Below, in pieces: positions 39,774-51,668 of a stretch of DNA of 64,000 nt (the stretch's first letter is position 1; every line of letters starts with the position of its first letter). The stretch comes from Candidatus Latescibacterota bacterium (GTDB lineage Bacteria; Latescibacterota; CBDEFO01), in assembly GCA_965248755.1 (NCBI GenBank), contig OZ252149.1, forward strand, positions 1,664,001 to 1,728,000, in the 5' to 3' direction. Below the pieces are notes generated by a model that searched no databases, was not told the origin of the DNA, and saw nothing but the letters and a program-made list of their open reading frames with translations. Both the position numbers and the translations under genes were made by a program.

Positions 39774-41573
39774 CTACCTTGCATTCCTATCCACAGTCAA
39801 AGATAATCTCTGACTCCCCACCACCACGAAATTTGTCTTTATCTTCTGCTTATCTAAAATTGTCCCTTTTACCGTTTTCGTCTCTCCGGAGTTTTTACCC
39901 GACTCAAAAAGGGAAAGGAAGGATCCCGGCAGGTCAGGCAGTTCCCTGCCATCTACGGTCACCCCGCGGTCTTGTGAAAGGAGCACAAGCACTATCTCGT
40001 CGTTTCGTCCTTTTTCCGAGATCAATCTCAGCAAGTCGTCCAGGTCTCTTGGAACGTACCTGTCCGGCGCCCTTTTGATCTCAGCGCTTTGGCTTGAACC
40101 AGCATCCCCCGCAAATAGAGTCAATCTCCCATCCAAGACCCGTTCAGGTATCTTCAAAGACCCTTTGACCTCAAACCTTTTGCCCAGATTCGGCTTCAAG
40201 ATCACAGATACGTCCACCTCATCTCCCGGTTTGAAGATCTCCTTATCCGCGCTGATCTTTTCGATCTTCGCTGACTGGATCTTCTCCTCCACCTCTACCT
40301 CAAACTCCACCCCCTTTAGATTCACCCTCTCAAAATCATTTTTAACCACCGAAAAGAGCGGCTGGGAAATATCAGAGATAGCCTCAAACAGAGACCCAGA
40401 CCCTGAATAGACGTTCTCAAGCTCCAGGTCTGGATGTCCCTCCAATCGCACTTTTGATTTAACCTTCACCGTCGCATCACCGAATAACTTTTCAGCGGAG
40501 ATAACAGAACTTAAGAGAGAATACCGCACAAAAAACGGTCCGAAATCCCTGTGCCTTATCACCTCAAAGCTGTACTTCTCCGCGTTATCTGAACCTATCA
40601 CGACCGTTACAGGGACCATATCGGGTATCTCTCCAATTATTCCTCCTATCCCTGGACTGCGATCCTGCCTAATCGCCCCGAGCAATCCCGCGGCACCTCC
40701 GATCTTGAAAGAGTGCCTCTGACTTGAAATAACATCGTGTATGTAGGCTCCCGTCATAGGGATATCGGTAATTCCCGTCAAGAAAGCAGGATGTCCAAAG
40801 CCTAACACTTTATCCCCGTCTCTGTAAGTTAAAGTCCCTACGCCCGTCGCGCTCAGGTCACCTCGCACAAACTGAATTCCCAGTGCCGCCCCTGGTTCAA
40901 AAACTATGTCTCCATACTCCTCTGCAGATCCGCCTCCTCCCTGGATGGGCATAAAACTAAACTCAGCCAGCTGGCTTTCCATAGCCTCAATCGCCCTCGC
41001 ATCAAATCCAGAGAGCACCAGAGGTGTCCCGACAGGCTCCAGTCTAATTCCCCTCAATCCAGTATGCCTCCACACCATATCTTCAGATATACTCAACTGG
41101 CTATCTCCCTCACCCGGCTTCCCCATCAATCCTATTCCTGAAGCTTCAGATCCCCCATCCAGGCCCCTTTCCAGCACGTCTATCATCTCAGTGATAGGAG
41201 TGATTCCAGCTATGGGTTCTTTAGCAAAGCTCCATCCGTAAGCTACCGCTCCGATCAATTTGTCATCAATATATATGGGGCTCCCGCTCATCCCAGCTAT
41301 CACCCCTGTCTTCTCCAGAGGCAGAGGTCCTCCCGAAAGTCTCGCCAGTATTAAATCTCCCTTGGCTCTCCAATTCTTCATCACCCCCAATATCTCCATA
41401 TCGAACTCCTCTATCTTCGTCCCCTGAAAGACCGTCTTTCCTTTTCCCTTCATCCCCCTTCTTATCTCATCCACTGACATAAAGTTGTCGTCGCCCCCCG
41501 CCCAGCCAATGGACATGTGGAAAAGCAGGGTACATACACAGACGCCGAATATTAAGCGACAAAAAAGAGTCAC
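39774..41573 (-). CDS. SpoIVB peptidase S55-domain protein
   Basis: GVIAGMSGSPIYIDDKLIGAVAY, FGHP; signal peptide. Confidence 0.85.
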   Translation of the reverse strand: MTLFCRLIFGVCVCTLLFHMSIGWAGGDDNFMSVDEIRRGMKGKGKTVFQGTKIEEFDMEILGVMKNWRAKGDLILARLSGGPLPLEKTGVIAGMSGSPIYIDDKLIGAVAYGWSFAKEPIAGITPITEMIDVLERGLDGGSEASGIGLMGKPGEGDSQLSISEDMVWRHTGLRGIRLEPVGTPLVLSGFDARAIEAMESQLAEFSFMPIQGGGGSAEEYGDIVFEPGAALGIQFVRGDLSATGVGTLTYRDGDKVLGFGHPAFLTGITDIPMTGAYIHDVISSQRHSFKIGGAAGLLGAIRQDRSPGIGGIIGEIPDMVPVTVVIGSDNAEKYSFEVIRHRDFGPFFVRYSLLSSVISAEKLFGDATVKVKSKVRLEGHPDLELENVYSGSGSLFEAISDISQPLFSVVKNDFERVNLKGVEFEVEVEEKIQSAKIEKISADKEIFKPGDEVDVSVILKPNLGKRFEVKGSLKIPERVLDGRLTLFAGDAGSSQSAEIKRAPDRYVPRDLDDLLRLISEKGRNDEIVLVLLSQDRGVTVDGRELPDLPGSFLSLFESGKNSGETKTVKGTILDKQKIKTNFVVVGSQRLSLTVDRNAR

Positions 41574-41799
41574 TTTAGTTTAATCCTCCGGAAAGTTTTC
41601 AGGCGATGAAATGGTTCTTTACAACTTATTGAAAAAAGCTCTAACTCACTAATAATACAAAACAGAACAAGCAATTAGCCCGCTTTTGCAGATTTTCTAA
41701 CAGCGGAATTCGGGAAAAAAGCAAAGAAAAACTCGCATCAGATCAAGACAGGAGTGACACGTACTGATACAACAGATAAAATCTTACTATAACAGGTGT

Positions 41800-41828
41800 A
41801 ATCTAATTACGGGCATAGCAAATGTCAA
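41800..41828 (-). promoter_or_regulatory. Sigma70-type promoter upstream of the S55 gene
   Basis: TTGACA-17 nt-TAGATT on minus strand. Confidence 0.55.
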
Positions 41829-41950
41829 GAATAAACCTTAAATTAATTTTGTTATCAGCAGACAAAAAGATGGTACAGATAACATCCCTCACTCCGAGGG
41901 AAGAGTTTCAAGCTATGTTCTATATCGTTATCGGCTCCTTGAGAAATAAC

Positions 41951-44437
41951 CTAAAAGGACGATCTAAATCTCCTCAGCCTTAAAGAATTAGTTACCACAG
42001 AAACCGAACTTAAAGCCATAGCCGCCGATGCAAATATCGGATTTAGCAATATCCCTAAGAACGGGTACAAGACTCCCGCCGCTATCGGAATTCCCACGGA
42101 ATTGTAAAAGAACGCCCAGAACAGATTCTGCTTTATCGTCCTCATCGTCGTTCTGGACAGCTCAATAGACGTAATTACGCCTCTCAAATCCCCCGTAATA
42201 AGGGTAATATCCGAAGCCTCCATCGCCACATCCGTGCCTGTACCTATGGCTATGCCTATGTCCGCCTGAGCCAGAGCCGGAGCGTCGTTTATCCCATCCC
42301 CTACCATCGCCACGACCTTCCCCTCGCTCTGGAGTTTTCTGACCGCATCAGACTTATCCTGTGGAAGTACTTCTGCCATCACCCGATCTATGTTCACCTC
42401 CTCAGCGATAACCGCTGCTGTCTTTTTGTTATCTCCCGTAATCATCACTACCTCAAGCCCCAAACTGTGAAGCTTTGAAACCGCCTCTTTGGAGCCGTCC
42501 TTGAGGCCGTCCGCAATCCCTATTACGCCTGCGATCTTGTCATCTACCGACAAGAATACCACAGTCCTGCCCAGATTCCTCAGAGAATCCGCCTCCGATT
42601 CGATCCCGTCTGTATGAACGCCGAATCTTTCCATCATCCTCTTATCCCCCAAAACGATCCTATTGCCCCCTGCCCTGGCCGATACGCCTCCTCCCGGAAT
42701 CGCCTCAAAACCCTCTACATCGGAAAGTTCCAGATTTAGCTCCTGCGCCTTTCTTCTTATCGCCTCGCCTAAAGGATGCTCCGAGTTCTTCTCCACCGAT
42801 CCCGCCAGACGTAGGACTTCATCCTCATCGAAGTCGTTTAAGAGCACCACATCTGTGACCTTTGGCTTACCCTCAGTCAGAGTTCCCGTCTTATCCAGAG
42901 CCACGACTGAAAGTCCCTGCACTGCCTCCAGACTCTCGCCTCCCTTGATTAATATTCCATTTTCCGCTCCCACTCCTGTCCCCACCATAATAGCTGTCGG
43001 AGTCGCCAGCCCCATGGCGCACGGACACGCTATGATAAGTACAGCCACGAAATTCAACAGTGCAAAGTTCAGGGCAGGATGGGGTCCTACAAAATACCAT
43101 ATCAAAAACGTCGCCGCGGCTACGCACATAACCAGCGGCACAAATACCCCCGCTATCTTATCCGCAAGCCGCTGAATGGGAGCCTTGGACCCCTGAGCCT
43201 CCTCTACTAACTTTACTATCTGAGATAGAACCGCATCCTTTCCGACCTTTAAGGCCTTGAACCTGAAGCTTCCCGTCTTATTCACAGTAGCCCCTATGAC
43301 CTCAATTCCCCTCGTCTTTTCCACAGGGATGCTCTCACCTGTGATCATAGACTCGTCCACGCTCGAATAGCCGTCCACTACCGCACCGTCCACAGGTATC
43401 TTCTCCCCGGGGCGCACCACGACTATATCACCTACAACCACCTCATCAGCAGGCACATCCAACTCCTGGCCGTCCCTTACGACCCTTGCGGTCTTCGGCC
43501 TTAAGCCCATCAGCCTCTTTATGACATCAGATGTTCTCGCCTTGGCCCTTGCCTCAAGGAGCCTCCCCAGAAGGATCAGCGTAATTATCATCGCTGAAGT
43601 ATCGTAGTAGACTTCAGGTTCCTGTCCTGCGCCCGCGAAGAGCCCAGGTGCGAACGTAGCCGCAGCGCTGTAGATAAAAGCGGCCGAAGTACCCACAGCT
43701 ATCAGTGTATTCATGTCCGCCGACCAGTGCTTCAAAGCCTTCCAGAAGCCGACGTAGAAGCGCCACCCCGCCCAGAACTGGATCGGGACGGTCAAGATTA
43801 ACAACACCACAAATATCATTTGGCGCGGCACGTCCTCCAGAAACGGAAACCATCCCTGATGAGTCCCCGCCATAACCAGCACAGATAAGGACGACGCTAA
43901 GACAAATCTCCTCAGAAGCCCCCTGTATTCCCTCTCTTTTTCCTCTTCCTTCCCGTCCACAGCCTCATCGGATACCTCCTCGGCGCTATATCCCGCCTCC
44001 TGAACTGCCCTCTTCAACTCGTCTATCCCAGCCGAAATATACTCCACGGTCGCCTGCTCGGTCCCGAAGTTGACATTCGCATCCGTTACGCCCTCCACAC
44101 CCTTCAAGGCCTCCTCCACTCTCTGCACACAGGCGGCGCACGACATCCCACCGATGTTCAGAACTACAGATTCTGTACCGACCTCATATCCTAACTCCTC
44201 AACCAGACTTTTTATCCTATCCGTCCCTGCAACCTCCCCCTCTAACTCCAGAGTCGCCCTCTCCGTCCCAAAATTCACATCAGCCGAAAGAACGCCCTGC
44301 AGGGCTTCGAGACCCTTTTGGATCCTGCTTGCACAAGCCGCGCAGCTCATCCCGCGTATGGGGATGTCGAGTTTCAGAGGTGACTCTTTGCCTATTTGGG
44401 AGTTTACATTATCGGAAGCCATAGCAACATCACTCAT
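41951..44437 (-). CDS. copA: Copper-translocating P1B-type ATPase
   Basis: Two GMSCAAC HMA domains, TGES, CPC, DKTGT, SEHP, GDGIND, YN, MALSS. Confidence 0.95.
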   Translation of the reverse strand: MSDVAMASDNVNSQIGKESPLKLDIPIRGMSCAACASRIQKGLEALQGVLSADVNFGTERATLELEGEVAGTDRIKSLVEELGYEVGTESVVLNIGGMSCAACVQRVEEALKGVEGVTDANVNFGTEQATVEYISAGIDELKRAVQEAGYSAEEVSDEAVDGKEEEKEREYRGLLRRFVLASSLSVLVMAGTHQGWFPFLEDVPRQMIFVVLLILTVPIQFWAGWRFYVGFWKALKHWSADMNTLIAVGTSAAFIYSAAATFAPGLFAGAGQEPEVYYDTSAMIITLILLGRLLEARAKARTSDVIKRLMGLRPKTARVVRDGQELDVPADEVVVGDIVVVRPGEKIPVDGAVVDGYSSVDESMITGESIPVEKTRGIEVIGATVNKTGSFRFKALKVGKDAVLSQIVKLVEEAQGSKAPIQRLADKIAGVFVPLVMCVAAATFLIWYFVGPHPALNFALLNFVAVLIIACPCAMGLATPTAIMVGTGVGAENGILIKGGESLEAVQGLSVVALDKTGTLTEGKPKVTDVVLLNDFDEDEVLRLAGSVEKNSEHPLGEAIRRKAQELNLELSDVEGFEAIPGGGVSARAGGNRIVLGDKRMMERFGVHTDGIESEADSLRNLGRTVVFLSVDDKIAGVIGIADGLKDGSKEAVSKLHSLGLEVVMITGDNKKTAAVIAEEVNIDRVMAEVLPQDKSDAVRKLQSEGKVVAMVGDGINDAPALAQADIGIAIGTGTDVAMEASDITLITGDLRGVITSIELSRTTMRTIKQNLFWAFFYNSVGIPIAAGVLYPFLGILLNPIFASAAMALSSVSVVTNSLRLRRFRSSF

Positions 44438-44527
44438 AATTATCTAATGTATCGGGTCAAAATAGTCTGCAGGTGATTATAGAGATCCAAAATAGTAAAT
44501 AGCAAACAGTGGACGAGGCAGTCTAAG

Positions 44528-44670
44528 TGAGATTGCTTCGGCCACTTCGTGGCTTGCTGCCACCCCAGCAAAGCGGCCACGCCGCCTCGCAATCACGGTT
44601 TAGGAGGCTTTTTCTTAGTCATTGCGAGGGGCTTTCGCCCCGAAGCAATCCCCGATTGAATCTATCGGGG
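44528..44670. repeat. Composite palindromic repeat cluster (GAGATTGCTTCG/GTCATTGCGAG family plus 21-bp palindrome copy 6 at 44650-44670)
   Basis: Same motifs recur at 48570, 58815, 60202, 60293 and 39726. Confidence 0.8.
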
Positions 44671-44720
44671 ACAAGGGAGGAGAGGCGGTGCCCCTGTCTA
44701 CTGACTACTGTCTACTTAAC

Positions 44721-45553
44721 TTAGGACGGGTACTCCCCTATTATCTCCTTTATCTTTAGGAAGTCATCTCAAGCGCATCTTTGTAATTACTCTGCCACAT
44801 ATTCCTTCCGAATATCAGTCCTGTCGCCCCAGCGCTCATAGCGATCCTTACCTTATCCAGCAGCTCCTCATCTCTTATCATACCGCCCCCCGATACCAGC
44901 ACAAGCGTCTTTCCCGCTGAGGTTACCACCTTTCTTCATCGCATCCTCAGTGTTTAAATGGAGCGTATTGTAAGGTTCAGGGAGTCCTTATGAGCCTGCG
45001 CATCGTACACTTGGATATTCAATTCACAACGCCCGCTCCCAACTCACACGCTACACGAGCCGAGTAATCTATCGCCTCTCCTCTGGGGTATCCCCAGAGG
45101 ATTAAGGGCATGCCGAACCTTTCGCAGTCTTCCCTGATCCCCATAATTTGGATGGAATCTCTTTCCTGAGCGGGAGAACCAACGTACATAGTATACCCAC
45201 CCAACGGCATCCGCTCCGAATCTCACGGCGTCCTGCACAGATGTCGTCTGCGGTGAGAACGCCTCTTTTTCAGACGGGATATTCGTCCTGCTGTTCAACT
45301 TCAACACTAAAGGCACATTGCCGGCGTACTGCCTTATATACTTCTGCACTTCTGCGCCAGACCTATATGAAATGCTATCCCCCAATAGCCTCCGTCCATC
45401 GCTAAACGGAGTTGAAATTCAGGGTCTATGGCTTATAGGTATCGCGAAGAAATCGACTGGACCGTGCTCAAAGAGCAACCTATGGAGTCTCGTCATCTTT
45501 CCCAAGCTCAGGTCCAGGTCGTCTAATTTCGGTCTTGTAACCTTGTCAGCCAT
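44721..45553 (-). pseudogene. Class I fructose-bisphosphate aldolase (DhnA/FbaB-type) pseudogene
   Basis: [54 protein letters not shown] across several frames; deletions and stops. Confidence 0.88.
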
Positions 45554-45605
45554 CGTCGCCTCCCGATTTCAGGAGTATAAGGTGATACAAGAGATGAATC
45601 AATGT

Positions 45606-47552
45606 CTATCCCTTAGTAGTGGTCGCCCCAACTCTCAAGGTACGTTTATCCCCACTTCTCTGGGTTACGGCCTTATCGTCGAAGTACTTCAATAGGGGCA
45701 GAGCGTACCTACGCGTAGTACCTACAAGGCCCCTGAAGGAAGATACTGTTATCTCTTTGTTCTCCCCCAGATACTCCACTAAATCCTTTTTTGCCTTTTC
45801 GATCATATCCCTGTGAAGTACTATAGATTCATCTATTCTCACGACGATTCCTAGGTTTTCCATCGCCTCCAGGATTTCCTCTATTTCATCCTCTTTCGTG
45901 CCCAGTTCCTGTGCCCATGTTCTAACACCCGAAGTTGAGTAGCCCTCCCCTAAGATCATCCGTTCGAGTTGATCTCTCAACATTTTCTGAAAAGGCGTCA
46001 GTACGATGGTATGAGACGAAAGGCTCACCAGGGCGCCCGATGTCTTAACTTTTTGCTGATCAATTAGGCCGCCAAGGATGGATTCGAAGAGCGCTCTGTC
46101 TATACCGCCGACCATTTTTCTTAGACTGTTCCTGTCTATGCCCACCTTAACGGGATTTTCTCTATGAAAATCCGTCAGAGCCGTGAGTATGCGCCCCCCC
46201 AGATTCTCCCAATTTCCAGTGTGAAATAGACCCAATGAGAAGTCATCGTCCAAGATCACTATTTCGCCATTTGGGGCGGACGTTTCGCTATACCTTAACC
46301 TCATAATCTCCGCTTTTAAGCTCTCGGGCGACATCACCATTTCCCCAGCCAGGGACTTCAACGGCTTAGAAGCTGCGGAGGACATCTTTACCCTCTCTAT
46401 TAAGACCCTCTTTGGATCTTTGTCCTGAAGCCTTGAAAGGCAATCCAGAACACCCTTGTCGAACCGCTTATGCTTTTCTGGATTTGCATCTATCACCACA
46501 CCCCCGCCTATGGTCAAAGCCGGAGAGTACCGCCTGATCACAAATCGGTCCTTAGCGGCCGCAGTGGTCGCGTCTTCCATCCTCAACTGAACGAGTGACG
46601 ACTCTCCGGGAGCAAGCTCGTCCTTATCCAGCAAGAAAACCCTGCCCATAATTTCCCCCGTCCCTATGTGGACCCTCACCCTTGTCCTGTTCTTAAACTT
46701 TATGTGCTTCTGTTTAGGAAAATCCTGAAGGAGCTTCAATCGGCAATCGAACATAAATGCAGGAGTAAAGTAACCGGGCTCTGCTACCACATCTCCCCTT
46801 TGGATTTGAGCCTTTTCTACCCCTGAAAAGTTCAGCGCTGCTCTGTCACCCGCAGACGCATGTTCGACATCCTTTCCGTGCGCCTGTATCCCCCTTACCC
46901 TGAATACCTCAGCCAGAGGAAGGAGTTCCAGGTTATTTCCCACAGACGCCCTCCCCGATATGACTGTCCCCGTTACGACCGTTCCGAACCCCCTCATAGA
47001 AAATGACCTATCTACAGGCATCCTGAAGATGCCCTTCTCGTTCCTTTCCTCCACATCGGATATATACATCTCTAACAGCCCCTTGAGTTCATCCACTCCG
47101 TCGCCTCTTATGGACGATAGGGGAACCATCGGAGCGTCCTCCAAAAAAGTCCCCTTTACCAACGCCCTTATATCTTCCTTTACAAGCTCAATCCACTCCT
47201 CGTCCACAAGATCGGCTTTAGTTATTACGACGATCCCCCTTTTTACGCCTAAGAGTTCTAAAATATCCAGATGCTCCCTTGTCTGAGGCATCACGCCGTC
47301 GTCTGCGGCAACTACAAAGAGCGCTAAGTCAACAGCGCTGACTCCTGCAACCATGTTTTTAATAAATCTTTCGTGTCCCGGAACGTCTATGATAGCAGAG
47401 TTATCACCCATAAATGCAAAACCCAGATCTATCGTCATCCCCCTTATCTTCTCCTCCTTCAGCCTATCGGCATCCGTCCCGGTCAAAGCCTTAACTAAAG
47501 CTGTCTTTCCGTGATCTATATGCCCGGCAGTGCCTATAATAACGTGCTTCAT
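45606..47552 (-). CDS. selB: Selenocysteine-specific translation elongation factor
   Basis: [37 protein letters not shown]-terminal winged helix [13 protein letters not shown]; start at ATG overlapping galU stop. Confidence 0.96.
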   Translation of the reverse strand: MKHVIIGTAGHIDHGKTALVKALTGTDADRLKEEKIRGMTIDLGFAFMGDNSAIIDVPGHERFIKNMVAGVSAVDLALFVVAADDGVMPQTREHLDILELLGVKRGIVVITKADLVDEEWIELVKEDIRALVKGTFLEDAPMVPLSSIRGDGVDELKGLLEMYISDVEERNEKGIFRMPVDRSFSMRGFGTVVTGTVISGRASVGNNLELLPLAEVFRVRGIQAHGKDVEHASAGDRAALNFSGVEKAQIQRGDVVAEPGYFTPAFMFDCRLKLLQDFPKQKHIKFKNRTRVRVHIGTGEIMGRVFLLDKDELAPGESSLVQLRMEDATTAAAKDRFVIRRYSPALTIGGGVVIDANPEKHKRFDKGVLDCLSRLQDKDPKRVLIERVKMSSAASKPLKSLAGEMVMSPESLKAEIMRLRYSETSAPNGEIVILDDDFSLGLFHTGNWENLGGRILTALTDFHRENPVKVGIDRNSLRKMVGGIDRALFESILGGLIDQQKVKTSGALVSLSSHTIVLTPFQKMLRDQLERMILGEGYSTSGVRTWAQELGTKEDEIEEILEAMENLGIVVRIDESIVLHRDMIEKAKKDLVEYLGENKEITVSSFRGLVGTTRRYALPLLKYFDDKAVTQRSGDKRTLRVGATTTKG

Positions 47553-48439
47553 TTTTTTCTGCCGCCCGATAATTCTGGCGAAGCGCACAGGCTTCTCAGA
47601 TATTCTTTGAGCTCTTTCCCTATATCTTCTCTATCTAAGGCGAACCGAATAATAGTCTTCAGATAAGATATTCGGTCCCCCACGCTGAACCACTCGCCCT
47701 GAATCTTATGCGCGTATACCTCTTTATTCTCTGCCAGGGTCCGAATAGCGTCCGTAAGCTGTAGTTCCCCATCGTCCGCATGAGGAGTACTTTCCAAAAT
47801 CTCAAATATGTCAGGTTCAAAGACATACCGCCCCAGGATCGCCAGATTAGAAGGGGCCTCCTGGGGTTCGGGTTTTTCCACCAGTCCCTCAACCATATAT
47901 ACCCCGCCTATATTTTTTGCCTTTATAACCCCATAACTGCTGATCGTATCCAGTGGTACTTCCTGCACAGCTAAAATAGAAGCGTTGTATCTATCGTAAA
48001 GATCCATAAGCTGTTTTATACATGGAACCTTCGACTTGACCAAGTCGTCCCCGAACAGAACCGCAAAGGGTTCGTTAGAGATATGATCCTTCGCCTTCAG
48101 TACGGCATGTCCCGTTCCCAAAGTCTCCTTCTGTCTTATATAGTAGATGTCCGCCAGCCTTTCTATCTGTTCCAGCGTCTCCACCATTGCAAATTCTTCC
48201 TTCTCTTTCAGAAAGTAATTCAACTCGAACGACTTGTCGAAGTGATCCTCTATCGCCCTTTTGTCCGATCCCGTAATGACCAGAATATCCTCTATTCCCG
48301 AACTTACTATCTCCTCTACGATATACTGCATAACGGGTTTATCTACTATCGGAATCATCTCCTTGGCCATCGCCTTCGTAGCTGGCAGGAACCTTGTACC
48401 CCTGCCAGCTGCGGGAATCACAGCCTTACGCACTTTCAT
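47549..48439 (-). CDS. galU: UTP--glucose-1-phosphate uridylyltransferase
   Basis: KAVIPAAGRGTRFLPATKAMAKEM, VEKP, ELQLTDA. Confidence 0.96.
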   Translation of the reverse strand: MKVRKAVIPAAGRGTRFLPATKAMAKEMIPIVDKPVMQYIVEEIVSSGIEDILVITGSDKRAIEDHFDKSFELNYFLKEKEEFAMVETLEQIERLADIYYIRQKETLGTGHAVLKAKDHISNEPFAVLFGDDLVKSKVPCIKQLMDLYDRYNASILAVQEVPLDTISSYGVIKAKNIGGVYMVEGLVEKPEPQEAPSNLAILGRYVFEPDIFEILESTPHADDGELQLTDAIRTLAENKEVYAHKIQGEWFSVGDRISYLKTIIRFALDREDIGKELKEYLRSLCASPELSGGRKK

Positions 48440-48697
48440 CGCTGTCGTCCTCTTGGTACCTAACCTTAATAGTTATCAGTAGATTAAGTAGCGGATCTAA
48501 ATTGCTATGGAAAACATTCATAAAGAAGCCAGATTTGGAAAGAATGAGGTAACCCTGTCAATTGATTACGATATTGCTTCGCTTTCTCTCGAAGTGACGA
48601 TTTAGAGAGTGCTGTCCTGTCTACCTTAAAATGCTCTCTTTACTGGCAAACACACAGGGAAAGCCCCAACTACCTTTACCTTGCCCTGTCAACTGAT

Positions 48698-49495
48698 TTA
48701 TATTCCCTCAGTCCTTTTCGACTTTTCCCTCTCCTCCTGTGTGAACTCCTTTAAGAGGACCTTCTGCCTTTGTGTCATATTCGAAGGGATCATCACTTTG
48801 ATCGCCACAAGCTGGTCTCCGCGGCCCCTGTAGTTTTTCAATCCCAACCCCTTCAGTCTGAACACGGTCCCGGAATGAGTCCCTGGAGGAATTTCCATTC
48901 CCACTCTGCTGTTATCTATCGTCCTTATCTTTATTTTGCATCCAAGCGCAGCCTGAACAAAACCTATCTCTGCCTCGCACTTTATGTCCGTGCCACTCCT
49001 CGAGAAGAAATCATCGTCAAATGACGCTTTGTCTTCGCGCCGAACGCTACATTCTCTTACCGCAAATAGTATAATATCTTTAAAACTTCTTGCGCCAGTG
49101 CGAACTTTTGATTCGATAGCAAATAGAAATCTGTCTAAGCTTTTGAAAAGACTGAATAGCCCTTTGCCGAGCTGATTCAAGAACGCGTGGGAGAGATCTG
49201 AATATGTATAGTTCACACTCTTTCCTGCTTTTTTATATCCGTTCGTATTTTTATCATCATCGGTTTTTGTGTGAGAGTAGCCCGTCGTTCCTCTCTTTCT
49301 ATCGTACTCCTGCCTCTTTTTCGGGTCGCTCAACAGCCTGTAGGCCTCGTAAATATCCTTGAACTTTTCCTCCGCTATGCTATTTCCCGGATTGGTATCA
49401 GGGTGATACTCTTTAGAAAGCCTCCTGTATGCCCTCCTTAAATCTTTCTGGGAAGCACCCCTGTTCAATTCTAAAATTGCGTAGTAATCCTTCAT
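48698..49495 (-). CDS. DnaJ-class chaperone (J domain + C-terminal domain, no zinc finger)
   Basis: KDYY, YHPD, AEEKFK, AALG, IPPGT, GDQLV. Confidence 0.85.
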   Translation of the reverse strand: MKDYYAILELNRGASQKDLRRAYRRLSKEYHPDTNPGNSIAEEKFKDIYEAYRLLSDPKKRQEYDRKRGTTGYSHTKTDDDKNTNGYKKAGKSVNYTYSDLSHAFLNQLGKGLFSLFKSLDRFLFAIESKVRTGARSFKDIILFAVRECSVRREDKASFDDDFFSRSGTDIKCEAEIGFVQAALGCKIKIRTIDNSRVGMEIPPGTHSGTVFRLKGLGLKNYRGRGDQLVAIKVMIPSNMTQRQKVLLKEFTQEEREKSKRTEGI

Positions 49496-49635
49496 AGCGT
49501 TGACTACTTCTTAAGCTGGACCAATTCAAAGAGTTCGACACGCCAGTCTAGATGACACCGTCTGGTCGTCGCGTCCAGCTTATAACCCAAAAATTTGGTA
49601 TTTGTCTTCAACATTTTGAAGTTTCTTATATATCT

Positions 49636-49710
49636 GCATAACGCTCGGCATCACCGACGGGTAAGAAGCGTAGCGTAACCTACGTCCGTTCCAAGCAGTT
49701 GTTAGAAAGC
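49636..49710 (-). mobile_element. attC-like site of a solitary integron gene cassette
   Basis: Minus strand: GCTTTCTAAC..CGCTACGCT..GATGCCGAGC-GTTATGC right after the stop; inverse core exactly complements GTTAGAAAGC at 50527-50518. Confidence 0.7.
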
Positions 49711-49713
49711 TCT

Positions 49714-50508
49714 CTACTCCTTCATTGCTACAATAGCGAAATACTGCTGGACGTAAGTCAGCATATGAAACCAGCTTCCCGGGCGAGCTTGGGCGTTGTG
49801 CTGCAGATGGATCGGAGCTGCATAAACACCACGGATGGACAGCCCTGCGGCGAGGATCCCATTGAAGATGTCACTAAGCAGATGTCGGAACTCGACAGCA
49901 CCATGAGCATCATTCTCAATCCGTCCCCCGGCATACGGGACGCCGATCTGATACCCCTCCCCATTCCAGGAATCATTCTCCACAACCTGCGTAGCTGGGT
50001 TGCAGTGACCCACTCGGTAGAGCCCGCCGGTTCTCAACACCCTGGCAACCTCTGCATAGACCTCTCCAACATGGGGTACATACCCCAAGGAGAGCGCTTG
50101 GTACACCAAGTCAAAGGAATCATCGCCTAGAAAAGAGAGGTTCCGCATGTCCGCTCGAATAGTAGCTACCTCATATCCGTAGTGTGCCGCTGCTTCCCTA
50201 TCTCCATCTAGCTGCCCCTCGGTCAGATCCACCCCTGTCACCCGCGCACCAAGAAGGCCAAACACGGCTGACTGCTGGCCACCGCCGGATGCCAGACAAA
50301 GCACGTCTTTGCCGTCTACCCCTGCCAGAACAGAAGTCGGGTATATAAAAAGAAGCGGATCGGGATCGGGACTCAAAGAGCCGTCGGCATACTGCAGAAG
50401 CAGTCCGCCGTCCAAGTCGAGCCACGGCTGGGTGAACCCACATCCCTCCTTCACCATCTTCTCCCAGTGCTGCTCATTTGCAGCTGCAGTCTCGTCTTGT
50501 TTGCTCAC
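49714..50508 (-). CDS. Class I SAM-dependent methyltransferase
   Basis: VLCLASGGGQQ, VTGVD, ADM, SFDLV, RVLRTGG. Confidence 0.9.
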   Translation of the reverse strand: MSKQDETAAANEQHWEKMVKEGCGFTQPWLDLDGGLLLQYADGSLSPDPDPLLFIYPTSVLAGVDGKDVLCLASGGGQQSAVFGLLGARVTGVDLTEGQLDGDREAAAHYGYEVATIRADMRNLSFLGDDSFDLVYQALSLGYVPHVGEVYAEVARVLRTGGLYRVGHCNPATQVVENDSWNGEGYQIGVPYAGGRIENDAHGAVEFRHLLSDIFNGILAAGLSIRGVYAAPIHLQHNAQARPGSWFHMLTYVQQYFAIVAMKE

Positions 50509-50756
50509 GTTTCATCAGCTTTCTAACTATAATTATGCCATATAGTGGGTACCCTTATTACATAAAGAGGAATCTTCATTCGTGGCAGTGCCTCTCTAAT
50601 TTTGGGGATTGTTTTTGTAATTATGCAACGTAGCTATAATCTAATTCAATCTCTCAATTGATGCACTGGCTTTTATTCGGGTTAAGGACGTCTACAGAAG
50701 TGCCGTTAGGGTAATGCGTGATCTATCCTTCATAAGTAGACGATAACGCAGATATT

Positions 50757-51668
50757 TCATTCCAAAGGCTCCACTACAGCCCCGTCAATGTCAGGATCCA
50801 AAATTAGTATCTTCGATTTCACGTCGGCATCTGCCCACGCCTCTTGCATGCTCTTCCCGACCCTTTCCCAATTATCCTTTACGAGGGCAAAAAGCGATGG
50901 GCCAGCACCGCTTATAGCTACTCCCAGAGCACCGCACTCAAAAGCCGCATCGAATACAGCCCGCATGCCCGGTATTAGACTTTCTCTGTAAGGCTGATGG
51001 AGAAAATCCTCCATAGCCGACTTCAAACGTCCATAATCTCCCGATACAAACGACGCCACTAAGAGAGCTGTCCTGCTTAGATTGCGTACTGCATTCTCCA
51101 GACTCACGTTCTCTGGCAGCACGCGCCTGGCTTTTTCCGTGGCAAGCTCAAAATTCGGCACAGCGACCACGAATTTCAGATCCTGGGGAGACTCCAACCT
51201 GATGTACTCGATTCCTCCATCCCCTCTGGACGAAACCACAAATCCTCCAACAAGAGATGCAACGGCGTTATCAGGATGACCCTCCAGTTCTGAAGCTATA
51301 TCTATTATCCTGCTATCTGAATACTTACCTTTGCTGAGATGTCTTGCCGCTGTCAAGCCTGCAATCCTGGCCGCAGCGCTGCTCCCCAGACCTCTTGATA
51401 TCGGTATTTTATTCTCCAGAAATATACTTAAACCCGGAATTTGGACGCCCGCCTCGTCAAAGCCTCTTACCATCGCCCGATAGACTATATTATCTTTGTC
51501 GAGAGATATAACCTCTTCCCCTTCCCCCTCTATTTCAATTTCCAAATCTTCCCTATTGAGGACCTGGACGACGACTCTGTTGTAGAGCTTCAAGGCCATC
51601 CCCAAAGAATCAAATCCCGGACCTAAGTTTGCTGCGCTTGCCGGAACTTTGACCTGAACACCCCTCAC
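50757..51668 (-). CDS. thrB: Homoserine kinase
   Basis: VPASAANLGPGFD, PISRGLGSSAA, EGHPDN, ISGAGPS; start at GTG overlapping hemW stop. Confidence 0.94.
   Translation of the reverse strand: MRGVQVKVPASAANLGPGFDSLGMALKLYNRVVVQVLNREDLEIEIEGEGEEVISLDKDNIVYRAMVRGFDEAGVQIPGLSIFLENKIPISRGLGSSAAARIAGLTAARHLSKGKYSDSRIIDIASELEGHPDNAVASLVGGFVVSSRGDGGIEYIRLESPQDLKFVVAVPNFELATEKARRVLPENVSLENAVRNLSRTALLVASFVSGDYGRLKSAMEDFLHQPYRESLIPGMRAVFDAAFECGALGVAISGAGPSLFALVKDNWERVGKSMQEAWADADVKSKILILDPDIDGAVVEPLE

Noticed and set aside
45606..48439. Complete sel operon
   Set aside because: Only selB is present; selA, selC and selD were not found in the window
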